This document shows, piece after piece, positions 24,651 through 37,369 of a stretch of 64,000 nt of DNA. Positions within the stretch are counted from its first letter, which is position 1; each line of letters begins with the position of its first letter. The notes below the pieces were generated by a model, which was not told the DNA's origin, ran no database searches, and was given only the letters and a program-made list of their open reading frames with translations. Source of the DNA: the human T2T-CHM13v2.0 reference genome, Homo sapiens. The stretch lies in NCBI RefSeq assembly GCF_009914755.1, contig NC_060930.1, one strand, 5' to 3'. The position numbers were made by a program, and so were the translations under genes.

Positions 24651-25574
24651 ATCCTATTAGAGCAAATCAAAGAGCATCACACTGCACTAAGTTCTAAAAA
24701 AGAAAACATAAGCTTCCTGCTCTATGATTGTAATACTCTAGGAATAAGCTCGCAGAAAGTATATAAATAAAAATGAAAAATGCATTATGTAAATAAAATA
24801 TAAACTATACAAGAAATAACTGAAGACAACAATGAAGAAATTCACAAGCAATGTGCAATTATTATTAAAACTATCCCACAGTTGGAATTAAATAAAATTA
24901 TACATGCAAAATTCTTAAATTGTGCTTAACTAGCAGGCTTTTAACAAATGTTATATTTCTTTCTATCCATTTTTGCAATATTTTGCACAATGAAAATATT
25001 TAATAGAAGGGAGAGATTATTTTAGTTTAGGGTACCCAAGCAAGGATTTATAGAGGAAGCAAGATTTGAACTGAATCTTGAAGGTTAGGTTAAATTTGAA
25101 TAAGCAAAATATTAAATCATGATTTTAATTCAGATTCCCAGAAAGTGTGCCTGGAATGGTGAGTCATCAAGGTGGAATGCCTTGGGGACACTCAAAGGTC
25201 TGGCCATTTCTCACCACAGGATTCTAGAGCTGTGTCACCATTTACCCAGCCTCCAGCAGCCTCTGCTGGAACAGCTTATTGCCCCACCTCCCCCATTTTC
25301 TCTTTAGCCAATTCTGTGAGGTAACTCCAGTCCTTCAAGTAAGATAGGCTCTGCCAAGCTGATTCTATATTCCCAAAGCCACCTACAAGCTTTCCTCAAA
25401 TTGGCCTGGCTGCTAACCCATGTTCTCACGAAGTAGATAAAAGAGTTTTGAGTTGGAGATAAGAACATCCCACCTCTTATCAAATTCCTCAGTTCAACTA
25501 GAACAAAACTGAACCACTGTAGTCCAATGGGCCACACAGTCATCCCAGTGTGAAGGCTTGAGAGAGGAATAATA

Positions 25575-25815
25575 AAGATAATAATAATGGTAATAATGTC
25601 CCAAGTGCTTTACATTTGAATAAAATATGAAAGTTTTAGGAACTCATTTAATCCTCTTTAAGGTCAATTCTTATCCCCATTTCACAGTTAAAGAAACTGA
25701 GGCACAGAGAGTAATCTGCCCAAGGTCATTGAGCTGCCTTCAGCCATAGAGCTGGTAAGTAGGAAAGTAAAGATCCGAACCCAGGCAGTCTGGCTCTAGT
25801 CTTAACACTTACTCC
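25575..25815 (-). mobile_element. MIR
   Basis: 'ctcatttaatcctc...tatccccatttcacagttaaagaaactgaggcacagaga..aatctgcccaaggtca...gaacccaggcagtctggctc'. Confidence 0.88.
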
Positions 25816-26049
25816 TCTTACTCTTCATGGTTGGGATCCCCAGCTCCAAATGACAGGTAGCCTATGACTTCTCCAGTTGTGGTGATTTTCATAACTAGTT
25901 AATTTTTATATTCATTACCATTTCAGGCTAGCTTCTTACTAAAACGTGACCACTAGAAACCTTACCTTTCTTCCTCCTGCCAATCTCAGCACATTCACAT
26001 TGATCTCACCATATCATTCACTCTTTCACCATCCTCACCAGCAATGGCA

Positions 26050-26650
26050 CCAAAATCCACCCAAGCCAGAATTCAAAAGTTATTCAAGATTGTTTTCCTC
26101 CCATCCACTCTACAGTCCAGTGCCAGAATGAAAATTCAAGTCTGAGCATGTTATTCCTCTGTTCAAAATTCAATGCTGTCTCTTACCTACAGAATTAAAT
26201 CTAACCTTCTTGCAAAGCACACAAGATTTTGCATGGTTTGATCCCAGCTTCAAGCACAGTTTCACCTCAAATCAAACTCTGTGCTCTGGCCACAATGACT
26301 TTCCTGTAGTTCCTAGCATGTCATCTTTGTTGACAGCTCTGGCCTTTGGCTTCCCTGTCTAGTCTGCCACACCCCCACCTGCCCACTGACCCACTGACTC
26401 CAGGGTCCTTCAGGTTGTTACTGACAATTAGCCTCTCCTTAGCCTCTCTGCATGCACCAAAGTCCTTACTCCAGTAGGCAGATTAGCTGTCCTGCTACCT
26501 CTTGTGTTTGCCCTGGTTGTAGAAGCTAGAAAATTATATTTATCTTTTTCCACTAACACAATGTGTAATGTATTTTCACGTCCAACATCTAACCCAGTAG
26601 CTTTTAAGTGCTCTTACTTGACACTCAAAAGCATTCACTGAATAAATGAA
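26050..26650 (+). mobile_element. L2 3' region
   Basis: 'aagtctgagcatgttattcctctgttcaaaa...cttacctacagaattaaatctaa...' ending 'ctgaataaatgaa'. Confidence 0.65.
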
Positions 26651-27312
26651 TTGTTACTTCTAGAACTTTAAATTGTGATAAATACCTTCATTCTGAATGT
26701 GTTTTGAGAACATAAATAGTATAGGTGACAGTGCTGTCAACAGTGAAAATACTGTGATAAAGTAAAATATTATTGCTGCATCCCTCCACTGATTATATTA
26801 TAGTCTTTCCATAAAGTATTTGAAAAGAGTCTTGTTGTTCTATTCCTACATTCAGGATTCAAAAATTTGAATCCAAGAGAAAACCAGTTGTGTGGAATTT
26901 TCTTTTACTCTACATTTTCTGCAAGAAATTTATATTTAGCATAGATTTTTAAATAGGCAATGTAACCTAGAATATTTTTCTCTTAAATAATTTTCCTTCA
27001 AAAACAAGACTTCAACTCTTCAATCATTTAGAAGTCACAAATATTAATATTAAATATGTTTTTGTCATCTTGTAAGGCATCTTCATTAAGTGCTAAAATA
27101 TGTGGGTCTGCTAAAGAATGAAGGTAACCATACTTCTTTGGAAATAAATACTTTTAGCCTGTAATCAGGAATATTAGCAAGTTTGTTTTGTAACATACAT
27201 GCAACAATTTTGAAATGTTACATTCTGATTTCATTCACTGGTGTTAACAGCTGTGTCCCCTGTAATCTTGCACAAGCAGGAGAAATCTATGATTAGATAT
27301 ATATCTGTCATC

Positions 27313-27337
27313 TTTCTAGAACTTTCTGGAACTTTGT
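27313..27337. promoter_or_regulatory. Canonical heat-shock element (HSF site): four perfect nGAAn pentamers plus one imperfect
   Basis: tTTCtaGAActTTCtgGAActTTg. Confidence 0.45.
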
Positions 27338-28483
27338 CCTCTCCAAGGACATGTCTTAGCTGGTCACATAGCTATTGTTCAAGTCCTAATATCTATCATT
27401 TAAAATAGTTGAATGATTGCTGTCCTTAAATAATGTCACAGTAATAAAAGAATTAGCATTGACACTTGACACTGTTCATGCTAATATTTTACGCTCTGGA
27501 TTTTTCCACAGTATGAAATCAAGTTGCACATCCTGAGAGAAATGCATATGCCATATTGCCATGCACAGTAGATCAAGCTAATATAGTAAAAACCCTAAAT
27601 GGAAACCTTCTAAGGAATTTTAAATACACAAGCTACATCTGCAAGATATTTAACTATTGTGCTTCCAGTAAAAATTAATGAGATTTAAATTCAGCTTGAA
27701 AGATAGAGCAATCAAAGTTTAAAGTGCATGCTAAATTTGTATCCTGAGTTGGTCCCTCAGGACTCTACACAGCCTGCTTTGAACAAAATATTTCAAGTTC
27801 AGAACAGTGGTGAGTGGGGATACAGATTCTATCTTTACTCATCTATTTGTCCATGAGTTCAACACAATTCAATATGCCATTTAATCAATGTATTAAATAT
27901 CTTGGCTTATCTGTAAGGCATACATAAATGGGGAAATTAGAACACAAAGCTACAGTATGCTAGTCTATTCTCACATGGATGTTCCACACATGGAATCCGC
28001 CTGATATAAGAAAGCACTGGCAAGATAAATGCAATTGGCAAACTAGTGATTGCTTCAGTCCAATACATGACCACTTAGGTCAAGAAACTCTGCCCCTGTG
28101 GTATTATTCCATATGGCCACACACAAAAAAAACCACTTCACTATATATCCTCAGAACCCTAGAAATTAAAAGAACAATTTCTAAATGTACATACTAAATT
28201 ATATTTATATCTTTTTTTAGAAATGAGAGTCAAAACTTAATTATTCCCCTTGCTACACAGCATATTCTTTATTCTTGGAGACAGCAACTCAAAACTGCTG
28301 TCATCCCTTTTGAAGAATTCTTGTAATTGCAACCAAACATTAAAGAACACAGAGGCTCACCAGCAAAGCCACAGAAATATTCAGCGGCACCATTATTTCT
28401 TTGGCAGCTTGTGTTTAATAATTTAATTCAATTCCAGTAGCGCAGCACATAACAACACCCTTTTTTTGAACCAGTAAGCTGTG

Positions 28484-28589
28484 TGTCTGTGACAGGGAAG
28501 TCATAATGGAGTATGAGTTTGCATGCTGAGGTGTCATTTTCATAGAACAGCATTTTCACTAGGGGCACACGATGAAAAATCAGAGTCTT
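28484..28589 (+). repeat. Copy A of a diverged ~105-bp direct repeat
   Basis: Aligns to 30791-30894 with about 20 differences in 106 columns (hand alignment). Confidence 0.9.
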
Positions 28590-30049
28590 CAGATCTGATA
28601 TTGAACAGCCATCAGCTATTAATACATTATAATGCTATTTTTCTATCTAGGCAATTTATGATTTGTCAGAAAAACAGAGAAGTAGTTTGTACTTTCTTAA
28701 AGATTGTTAAACAGGAGCACAAGAATTTAAAAGCTACTAAAATGCCAAATAAATACCATTCTCAGGCAAAGGACTCTGAAATAATCTCGGGCACAAGTCT
28801 TTTCAGTTATTGAGGTTTTCAAGATAAGACAATGAAGCTATAGGTAGAGAAAATAAAATATGTTTTTAAAGTTATGTTTTGGTCCATTTATATTTCATAT
28901 GAAAATACCTATATGCAAAGTCAAAGGTACCATGATTTGTTTATTTATTAATTTATTAAATCCAGGCCCTATATATTTTAATAACCTTATAGTAAACCAC
29001 GTAATAATCACTTAACAACAAAAAATGCTTTTCAAATCTCCTCTGTATGTGACAGGCAAAGCAGAACATTAAGTGGTTGTGATTTTTTTTGTTGAAACTG
29101 TTTTTAATTCTAGCATCTGAATGAAACATACCAACCAGAAATACCTGCGCCCTGCACCCAGCCACATCTACCCCTATACCTGGCTATTTCCACAGATTTA
29201 CTCACTGTTTTCTCCATTGTCAACATTTCCTGGCAGTAGACGACTGGTCTTTGCTGGCCCAAACTCTCAACCTTGCCAAGACAACAATGGCAGATGTTTC
29301 CATATTGGAGAGGCAGCTGGGGAAGGGGATGGAAGGTAGGAGAAAAAATGACTGTTCCTCCAGATGATTTGAATATATGCCATGACATTTGCTGCTGAAT
29401 GATAGTATCTTTTAAAACAACTAATGGCCACTCATCTTTGTTTTGGTTTGGTTTAGTGATTTACAAATGCTTCACATCCAAATATACCACCTCTGATTTG
29501 CCAGTATGATATAATGGGTTCCCAGGTCTTTTAAAAATGCTAAGCCTGTATCTGGAAGAACTACCCATTTGTTGAGATGGTAATTGTTTTAACTTTGATG
29601 TCCTTCACTCTGCACATCTGTTTCAGCTCTTCTACCAGACACACTCACAAATTTATCATCTCTGCATGTGTTCCTACGTTAGGACTGCCTCAGTGGCAGA
29701 GTACAACAGTAAATTCCACGGATGTATTAAGTTTGTTAAGCAGGAAAGTAACTGGCTTTGTGGCCAGGATTTCTTATGACTCTGTCTCAAGACATGCTAT
29801 AAAGGTTATCTGAGAAAATATTCTTGGATTCATCCATAAAGGACAGTATATATTACCTGGCCAATTCACAGTTACAGAATGATGAGGTACCAATATAGCA
29901 GTATTGTTACCTGATCTTACAACCTACAACAGCAGAAGTGGTTCTTTCTTAGTTACACAGCTTATTTTGTTGTCATCAAGCAAATTTTTCATTTCTTTCT
30001 GCCTAGAAGTCTAGGCCTTTTCTGCTATACCAAATTGCTTCCCTAAAAC

Positions 30050-30200
30050 ATTGGGTTCAAACCCTGGCCGTATTATTACTTATGTAGCCTTAGACAGCAT
30101 ACAGTTTTCTTATTTGTAAAATGGGCATAAAATAATACGAATCCCTCAAAGCTTTGTTGAGAATCCAGGGAACACATAACATAATAGTGTCTGATGTGCT
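30050..30200 (+). mobile_element. MIR
   Basis: 'tgggttcaaaccctggc...cagttttcttatttgtaaaatgggcataaaata...ttgttgagaat'. Confidence 0.7.
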
Positions 30201-30790
30201 TTATAAAACATGTTGATATGCATGACTCAGAGCTTATTTGGCTTTTATTGTATGTAGTGATATTTGAAGAGTAATAATTTAATCCACAGTAGAGATGAGT
30301 TCAGGCAATAGTAAGCTATATTTTAAAATGCTTTAGTTGTTCTTTAGAAAAGAGGATGACTTTTACAATATCTTATATAATCAAACTAGCTCTTAAATCT
30401 CAGACAGCGGGCGTTGCCCATGTAGTGGGACAGAGGCCTTTGCCTACTTTAGGCAGGAATAATGCTGGTACTAACATATTATATATTGTCTATATCAACT
30501 CCTTCTAAATACTTTTAGATGAAGTGTCTAAGAAATAAATTATGTCCATGTTGAGCTCTTAAACTTTTAGATATTTAAGGTTCCCTTTATTTCTGTTCAT
30601 TTCTTACAACTATCCATGTAGGAGTAGCTCCCTCATATACCTCTCAAGCCTGAATCCCACTCTAGAAATTCAGAGTCCCATTTCTGATTCTATAGGACAA
30701 TGTCCCCATAGGTCCCAGTGATTCCCCAAGTCAACATTTCCCCCCCACCAGTCCTTCCCCCAAAGACTTTTCATTAAAAAAATAATTGGA

Positions 30791-30894
30791 TGTCTATGAC
30801 ATGAAACTTATATGGTATACAAGTTTGCATGCTGAGGGTCAGTCTAATAAAACAGCATTCTCACTAGGGGCATACAATGAAAAAGCAGAATCTT
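30791..30894 (+). repeat. Copy B of a diverged ~105-bp direct repeat
   Basis: Shares 'agtttgcatgctgagg', 'aacagcatt', 'tcactaggggca' and 'atgaaaaa' in order with 28484-28589. Confidence 0.9.
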
Positions 30895-30899
30895 TGTTG

Positions 30900-32090
30900 T
30901 TAAAAATAATGAAAATTATTAGAAGAGTATAAGATTAAAAATTGTTCCTCCCTAATCCCACTATCCAGAGTTCATCATGTTTATCATGTTTTTCTTTTTG
31001 GATGCTTCTTATATTTTTAAGGTATTTTAAATACATATATGCATATAGAAATATTTTCTAATTTTTAAAAATTGAATGTTTTTCTATAGTTTGTATGCTT
31101 TCACTCACTATATTGTAGATATCTCTTCATGTTGGTGAATGTAGATACAGCTGTATTATTTGTATAATAGCTGAATCATAGTGTACCCAGTCTGCTACTG
31201 ACAGGCATGTCAGTTGTTTTAGTGTTTTGCTGACAATGCTGAATGCTGCATGCCGTATAGACATCTCAGAACACTTACAGGGAATCATTCTGTGTGATAA
31301 ATTCCTAAAACTACAATTACAGATGGAAGGATATGTGTATTTTTATCTTTACAAATACTGTCAAATTGCCTTGTAAAGAGTTTGTGCCGATTTATATTCC
31401 TTGAAACAATGTATGACCCCTTGTTTGCCCAAATACTAGCCAATACTCAGTATCATCAAGCTTTTAAACTTTTGTTTATTTGATAGAAAAAAATTAAAAG
31501 TACATTATTATTATTTTAATTTGAATGATTGCTATTGAGATTAAATACTTTTTCAATTGTTTGTAGCTTACTTATTCTTATTCAGTGACTTGCCACTTCA
31601 TCTCCTTTCCCATGATCTGGGTGGCTTAATTATTTCTTCTGTATTGCTAGTAACTCTGGATTTATTATTTTTGTTAATACTCTAATTACTTGGCTAACAC
31701 TTTTGTTAATTTATTATTTTTGTTAATCTGAGATACAGATTAGATAAATAGAAGCATAGATAAATTTATAGGTAGATAGATGATAGATTTATCATCTGTC
31801 ATCAAATAGAGAAAGAAAAAGAAAGAGAAAGAAAGAGAGAAGGAAGAGAGGAAGAAAGAAAAGAGAGAGAGAAAAAAAGAGAGAGACAGAAAGAAATATT
31901 TTCTCACAGTTGTTTTTTAAATGTGTATGTATTGCTGCCTTTCCCATACAGAAGTTTTTAATTTTTAAGTAATAAAAACTGCCAGGTTTTTTTTATGGTT
32001 TCTAAATCTCATTTCTTACTGAGAAAAATCCTCCCCATACTAAGCTTATAAAAAATTCTACTCTGATTTTTCTAATAGTATTAGAGAAGT
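30900..32090 (-). mobile_element. L1ME-type fragment containing (GATA)/(GAAA) simple repeats
   Basis: 'ataaattcctaaaactacaattacagatggaaggatatgtgtattt...aaatactgtcaaattgcc...atttatattcc...caatgtatga...ccaatact'. Confidence 0.65.
31735..31895. repeat. Degenerate (GATA)n followed by a polypurine (GA/GAAA)n tract
   Basis: Directly visible. Confidence 0.85.
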
Positions 32091-32346
32091 ATTTTTTAGC
32101 TTTTTGATCTTTATTTGTTTTGCTAAAAGTTTTACTAAGTGCCTGAATACATAACCTGATTAACAAAGCACAATGTGAAATTTGCTTTTTTTGTAAATAA
32201 AATATGATTTTTGCAAATAATCTCACTAATTCCATATCACATGCAGATAGTTGTATTACATGAGATAAGGCAAATGAAAGTGCTTTATAAATAGCAAAAC
32301 ACAGAGGCTTTTTCTGCTAGTAACAATGTTAGTAAAATGTGCCAAA

Positions 32347-32535
32347 TGAGACACTGTGGACTCCCAAAACAAGGAGGGAGTGAGGCGGGGAGGGTTGAAA
32401 AATTACCTGCTGGGTACATGCCTGCTATTTGAGCAATGGGTATGCTAGAAACCCAATTCGCACCCGTATGCAATATACCTGTATAAGAAACATGCACATG
32501 TAGCCTCTAAATCCAAAATAAAATAAAATTTATTT
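32347..32535 (+). mobile_element. Short 5'-truncated L1PB/late-L1PA 3' end
   Basis: 'gacactgtggactcc...gggttgaaaaattacct..tgggtaca...gcaatatacct...catgcacatgta.cctctaaatc.aaaataaaa'; 14-bp TSD taaaatgtgccaaa (32333-32346) / taaaatgtgctaaa (32536-32549). Confidence 0.88.
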
Positions 32536-33269
32536 TAAAATGTGCTAAACACATGTATTGATATTTGGAAGTTCTTCTGTTAAAAAAGATTTCAAGAGTG
32601 GTTCAGGATATCTTTATAATCTGAGCTATACTGCTACCACAGAGAGACACTTTCAGCATATAATATTTAATCCTATCATATATAAATATTAATCTTCCAC
32701 GTTCTTGTAATTATACCTCAGTATACACCATGCTGCGACTTACACGTTAGCAATTTATATTACCAAAATTTAACCACACTTTAGGTAACAGTAGCAGAAA
32801 ACCAATTCTGATTTATTATTTAAATCAAAGTTAGAGAGTTTTATTAAGAAGCCCTTTGGTGTCAACTTAATGGAAACCTCTTCTGCAAAGACTGATTTTT
32901 ACACCCATTTTACTTTGTTTTTCCCATAATATTGTAACCTGAAATGCTTAAAACAGGACTGGAGATTAAAAATCTATGGGAGGTTAAAAATCTATGGTAT
33001 TTCTTGTTCTTTTTATTGAACAAACATGTACATGTATCTCCCATATGTAAAGCTTTGTGATAGTGGCTGGAGGGATACAGAGATATAACCCAATTATTCT
33101 CTCCAAAGGCAAGTGGGGAAAATACATATGTACAAATTCCTCAAGGAAGAGGTGATACGTTATGTGCAGGGTTATTTGAAAAGTAGCCAGCTCAGGTTTC
33201 AAATGGTAATTGTGTGAAGATCTCTAAATCTCCTATCAGTGTCAAGGCCCAAACAGGCAGCTTCCCAGT

Positions 33270-33550
33270 GAACTATGAACCACAGCTGCAGTTTGACATG
33301 CAGTGCTTTTTAAAAATTTGATTTAGTTGTCAAACATCTAAAATTCAGAGTGTTTACATTAAAATAAATTAAAATTTTAATTTTAATCCAGATAAAGTGG
33401 GTAGATCTGGCAACATCAGGCTCCCATTTTGGCTTGGTAACGAATTGGCTGGTGCTGGATGTTGACTTTCCCTGTTAAACTGGGCATGTACCCTCCAGTT
33501 TACCATAGTCTGCATCACTCCTTATTGTATTACCTGCTCCTCACATTTGC
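33270..33550. mobile_element. MER102-like hAT-Charlie element
   Basis: 'ttagttgtcaaacatctaaaa...agatctggcaaca...ttggctggtgctg...gggcatgtaccctccagtttaccatagtc..catcactccttattgt'. Confidence 0.7.
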
Positions 33551-33569
33551 CAATTAGAATAGTTCAGGA

Positions 33570-33942
33570 GAGTGGAACACAGGAAGGATTTTGCCTGAGA
33601 TTCTTATAAGCTGTGATCCCAGTTCCTGTGAAGAGGAAAGAGATAAACTGTGATACAGTCACGCCAAGGCCTCAGTCTATTTCATGGAAGCTCTGATGCT
33701 GGGATGACCTTTTAATATTTTACTGACCTGAAACAAAGGCACTTGGTCTTTAGGACCCCTCCCCACCAATCACTGAATGTGGGCTACCTGCAGGTAGGAC
33801 CTCGGTCAAGAGATTTTTCTGAAGGTAATTCCCTGAGAGTAACTCAGCTGAGATCTGGCAGCTACCAGCACTCGGCCAGTTGGGGGAACATGTGTCTAGC
33901 CTGGAAGGGGGATCTGCAGGACACACCACAGTATCCACTATA
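33570..33942 (-). mobile_element. LTR16-family ERVL solo LTR
   Basis: 'aaggcctcagtc.at..catggaagctctgatgctgggatgacc...gaagggggatctg..g.acaccacagtatccacta'. Confidence 0.7.
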
Positions 33943-33949
33943 GTAATAT

Positions 33950-34210
33950 TTTAGAGAGGCCTTCCTTGGCCACTCTAACTAAATTTTAGCACTCTCCCCA
34001 CCGTGATACTTTACATTTTTCTTCTCTCTTTTATTTTTTTATTCTTAACTCTTATCACTTCTAACATGCTATGTACTTTTCTTATTTATTTATGGCATCT
34101 ACTAGGACATCAGCTCCTTGAAGGAACAAATTTCTGCCTGTTTTATACTCTCATATATGCCCAATGACTGCAGCATGGACTGCCTTGCACAGAGCAGAAT
34201 GAATGAATGA
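33950..34210 (+). mobile_element. L2a 3' end
   Basis: 'agagaggccttccttggccactcta...ctaggacatcagctccttgaagga...gaatgaatgaatga'. Confidence 0.8.
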
Positions 34211-36775
34211 GCCCTCTGATCCTGGAGCCCACGAAGCTTAGGTTTGGAGGGTTACAGTCTTCAGAGAGCTTTTAAAGAACTGAGTGTGATGCCCACCTGA
34301 GAAGGAGCTCTCAGGTGGGTCATGCCTGGGGAGTCCAGCCATCAAGACCTCTTTCTCCATGTCAAAGTCAGGGACACTGGAGAAAATTGCTCTGAAGAAA
34401 AGCTGTATTCGTTAAGGATATACCACCAGTCCTTTCAATTTAAAGACAGATTGTATTCTGATGACCTAATAACCCGGAATGAAGAAGCTGATGAACTACA
34501 TAGACAATTAGGAGTGATCATAAGTGGCTTCATGCTTTCAAATTGCTGAATGAGTGTTTAGTAATTTACTCCCCCCTAACAAAGAAGCAGCATTTACAAT
34601 GAAGGCATATGAGGCCTGAATAATACATTTTTAGTTACCATATCCTAGATAGACAGGGAGAAATATCTTCATGGAAATCGGATCAGATCTTTCAATAATG
34701 CAGAGGCAGAGGCAAGAAATATGAGGAGTTGGAGGGCACTGGCAGGTGTCTTCAACAGCTGTACAGCTAAAATCTGTAAGTTACATGTCATTTGCAAGTG
34801 TAAGATACTATTACTTCTTGGACCAGTTCTTAATGGGGCCTCAACCTTACTTTCCAGATATGTGACAGTCTGGGTAGAAGCACACATATGTTCATATTTT
34901 TGTCCTTGGTGCACTACTCAAAATTTTAAATATTTTCTTTTCTTTTCTTGTCTTTTCTCCTTTTCCCCTCTCCCCTCCCAAGACCCATGCTGTTCACATG
35001 TGAATATCCTGATTGGCATGAAAGAATGGAAACCACTTGAGGAATTTTCTTTCTCCTTTCTCGGATAAATAAACAACTTTTCTCAGTTGTTACATGTCAA
35101 ATTTTTTTATTTGTCAAAACATCTTAGAATTCACATCTGTATCCAAAGTTGAAAGTTACAAGCATTCATAATAAAACCACCTGTTTAACTGAAATATTTT
35201 CTTCATTAAACAAAATTGACTTATTTTATCTTAGCAATTCCAATACATGCAGGACTTAATATCATATTTTATAATTTTCTTAGTCACCTCTAATATTCCT
35301 AGACATTTCACATTTTAAATGAAGAATTTAGGAATATAATGAGTGGCAAATAGTTTTCAAGTCCTCTTACCAACTTCACAAATACAAGAAAACATTGATT
35401 TGATGTCCTTATGTTCGAATACCATCATTGTTTATTTTGAGACTATAACCAAACAAACTATATGGTTTAATTTTAATTTGGTGACTTCCCTTTCTCCATA
35501 TATTCTCCTCCCTCTCTTTCATCTAAAAAGTAGTTTGAATTTTTTGAAGTATAGAAAGCAAAGAGAAGATTAGAGACACCAATTACTAACACATGACCAA
35601 CTACTCTTAGCTCAATGGAGAAGTTTGAATCTTTCAAAAGAATGGTTAGGGTAGCTAAGGGGAGTAGATGAGGCCCCTGAAAAAGTTAAGATGAGAGTAA
35701 GGTTTTTATGAATGATGAGTCAGGCTGAACAGAACCAAGCAACTTGGTAAGTGAGTAAGTTAATTTACTAATACCGGTCTTTATTATGATAACTCTGGTA
35801 ACTTTCCATACTGTTCTACTATTAAGTCCACAATTACTTAGTACAGTTTATTTCTTGAAGTTGTATTATTTGGTAGGTATAATGACCAAATGAGTTCTAC
35901 TGGTCTATAGTAGAGTTTCCCCAAATGTCCAGTCCTGAGAGATGCAACAACAATGAAATGATTTCAAAGGTCAGATAGGTTTAAGAAATGCTTCAAACCA
36001 AACTGACCTCCCAGCTAATCCTGCATCCCATAGCACAGAAGTGATCTGCAATTCTCTATAGCTAATTTTAGGGGAGGTGAGTCAATATTTTGTTTGAATA
36101 CTATGGAAAGAAAAACACAAGGAAAAAACAAGGAAGTAAATTTACCTAAAACCTTACAATTTTTAAAAGTATCAGAGTAAATACTTGAAGCTCTCTTCCC
36201 TATTCTTTTGATGTCATGCACACACACATCAGATGTGACTACTTTATCCTGGCTAGCAATCCACTGTTATTTTAATTCTTTGTTGGCTTAAACTAAAAAA
36301 CCTATCCTTGTTAAATAGCTTACCATCTCTGCAGAGCAGCTCTTTTCTTCAGAACCCCATAAACAGACAAAACACCCAGGACATTCACATTTCCTGATGA
36401 GACCATTAGCATACATTCTATTTCCAAACTATGAAAATCAGCTACATTTTGATGACAAGTAGTGTAGTAAAACCAAGGAACCTTCTTTGTCAGTGAAGTG
36501 TGTCATATTTGAGCACATGGGATGTGACAATGTGTGCTTTGGGTCATTGGAGTCACAGTTGTCTTCCATTGAGGTGCCCTCTGAGTCTCCTCCAGCTTCT
36601 CATCCTCATGTCTCAGGTAGTTAGCCCTAGGAAGTGGACCCCAGAAAGGGAGAGGAGAGTGGGAAGTTGATTTCTAGATTACTTTCAATGTTCATTAAGT
36701 ACCTCTTCTTCCTGAGAACGATTCTCTTCCAGTAAAACTCCAGACTTACAGCCGTTCAAAAGACTTTGAACCTTT

Positions 36776-37369
36776 TTTTTAATTAATTAATTAATTTATT
36801 ACTATTATACTTCAAGTTTTAGGGTACTTGTGCACAATGTGCAGGTTAGTTACATATGTATACATGTGCCATGCTGGTGCACTGCACCCACTAACTCGTC
36901 ATCTAGCATTAGGAATATCTCCCAATGCTATCCCTCCCCACTTCCCTGCAACCCACAACAGTCCCCAGAGTGTGATGTTCCCCTTCCTGTGTCCATGTGT
37001 TCTCATTGTTCAATTCCCATCTATGAGTGAGAATATGCGGTTTTGGTTTTTTGTTCTTGCGATAGTTTACTGAGAATGATGATTTCCAATTTCATCCATG
37101 TCCCTACAAAGGACATGAACTGATCATTTTTTATGGCTGCATAGTATTCCATGGTGTATATGTGCCACATTTTCTTAATCCAGTCTATCATTGTTGGACA
37201 TTTGGGTTGGTTCCAAGTCTTTGCTATTGTGAATAATGCCGCAATAAACATACGTGTGCATGTGTCTTTATAACAGCATGATTTATACTCCTTTGGGTAT
37301 ATACCCAGTAATGGGATGGCTGGGTCAAATGGTATTTCTAGTTCTAGATCCCTGAGGAATCGCCACACT
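36776..37369 (-). mobile_element. Young 5'-truncated L1 (L1PA2-like, non-Ta), ~600 bp
   Basis: Near-consensus L1 3' end. 'atatctcccaatgctatcc' is Hs/PA2-type and 'cactaactcgtcatc' carries GAG rather than the Ta ACA. Perfect 14-bp TSD gactttgaaccttt (36762-36775 / 37370-37383). Encodes the ORF2p C-terminus VWRFLRDLELEIPFDPAIPLLGIYPK... Confidence 0.97.

Noticed and set aside
29520-29930. Coding-looking minus-strand text (LVEELKQMCRVKDIKVKT), possible processed pseudogene
   Set aside because: Short and interrupted by stops; no parent gene, poly(A) tail or TSD recognised.
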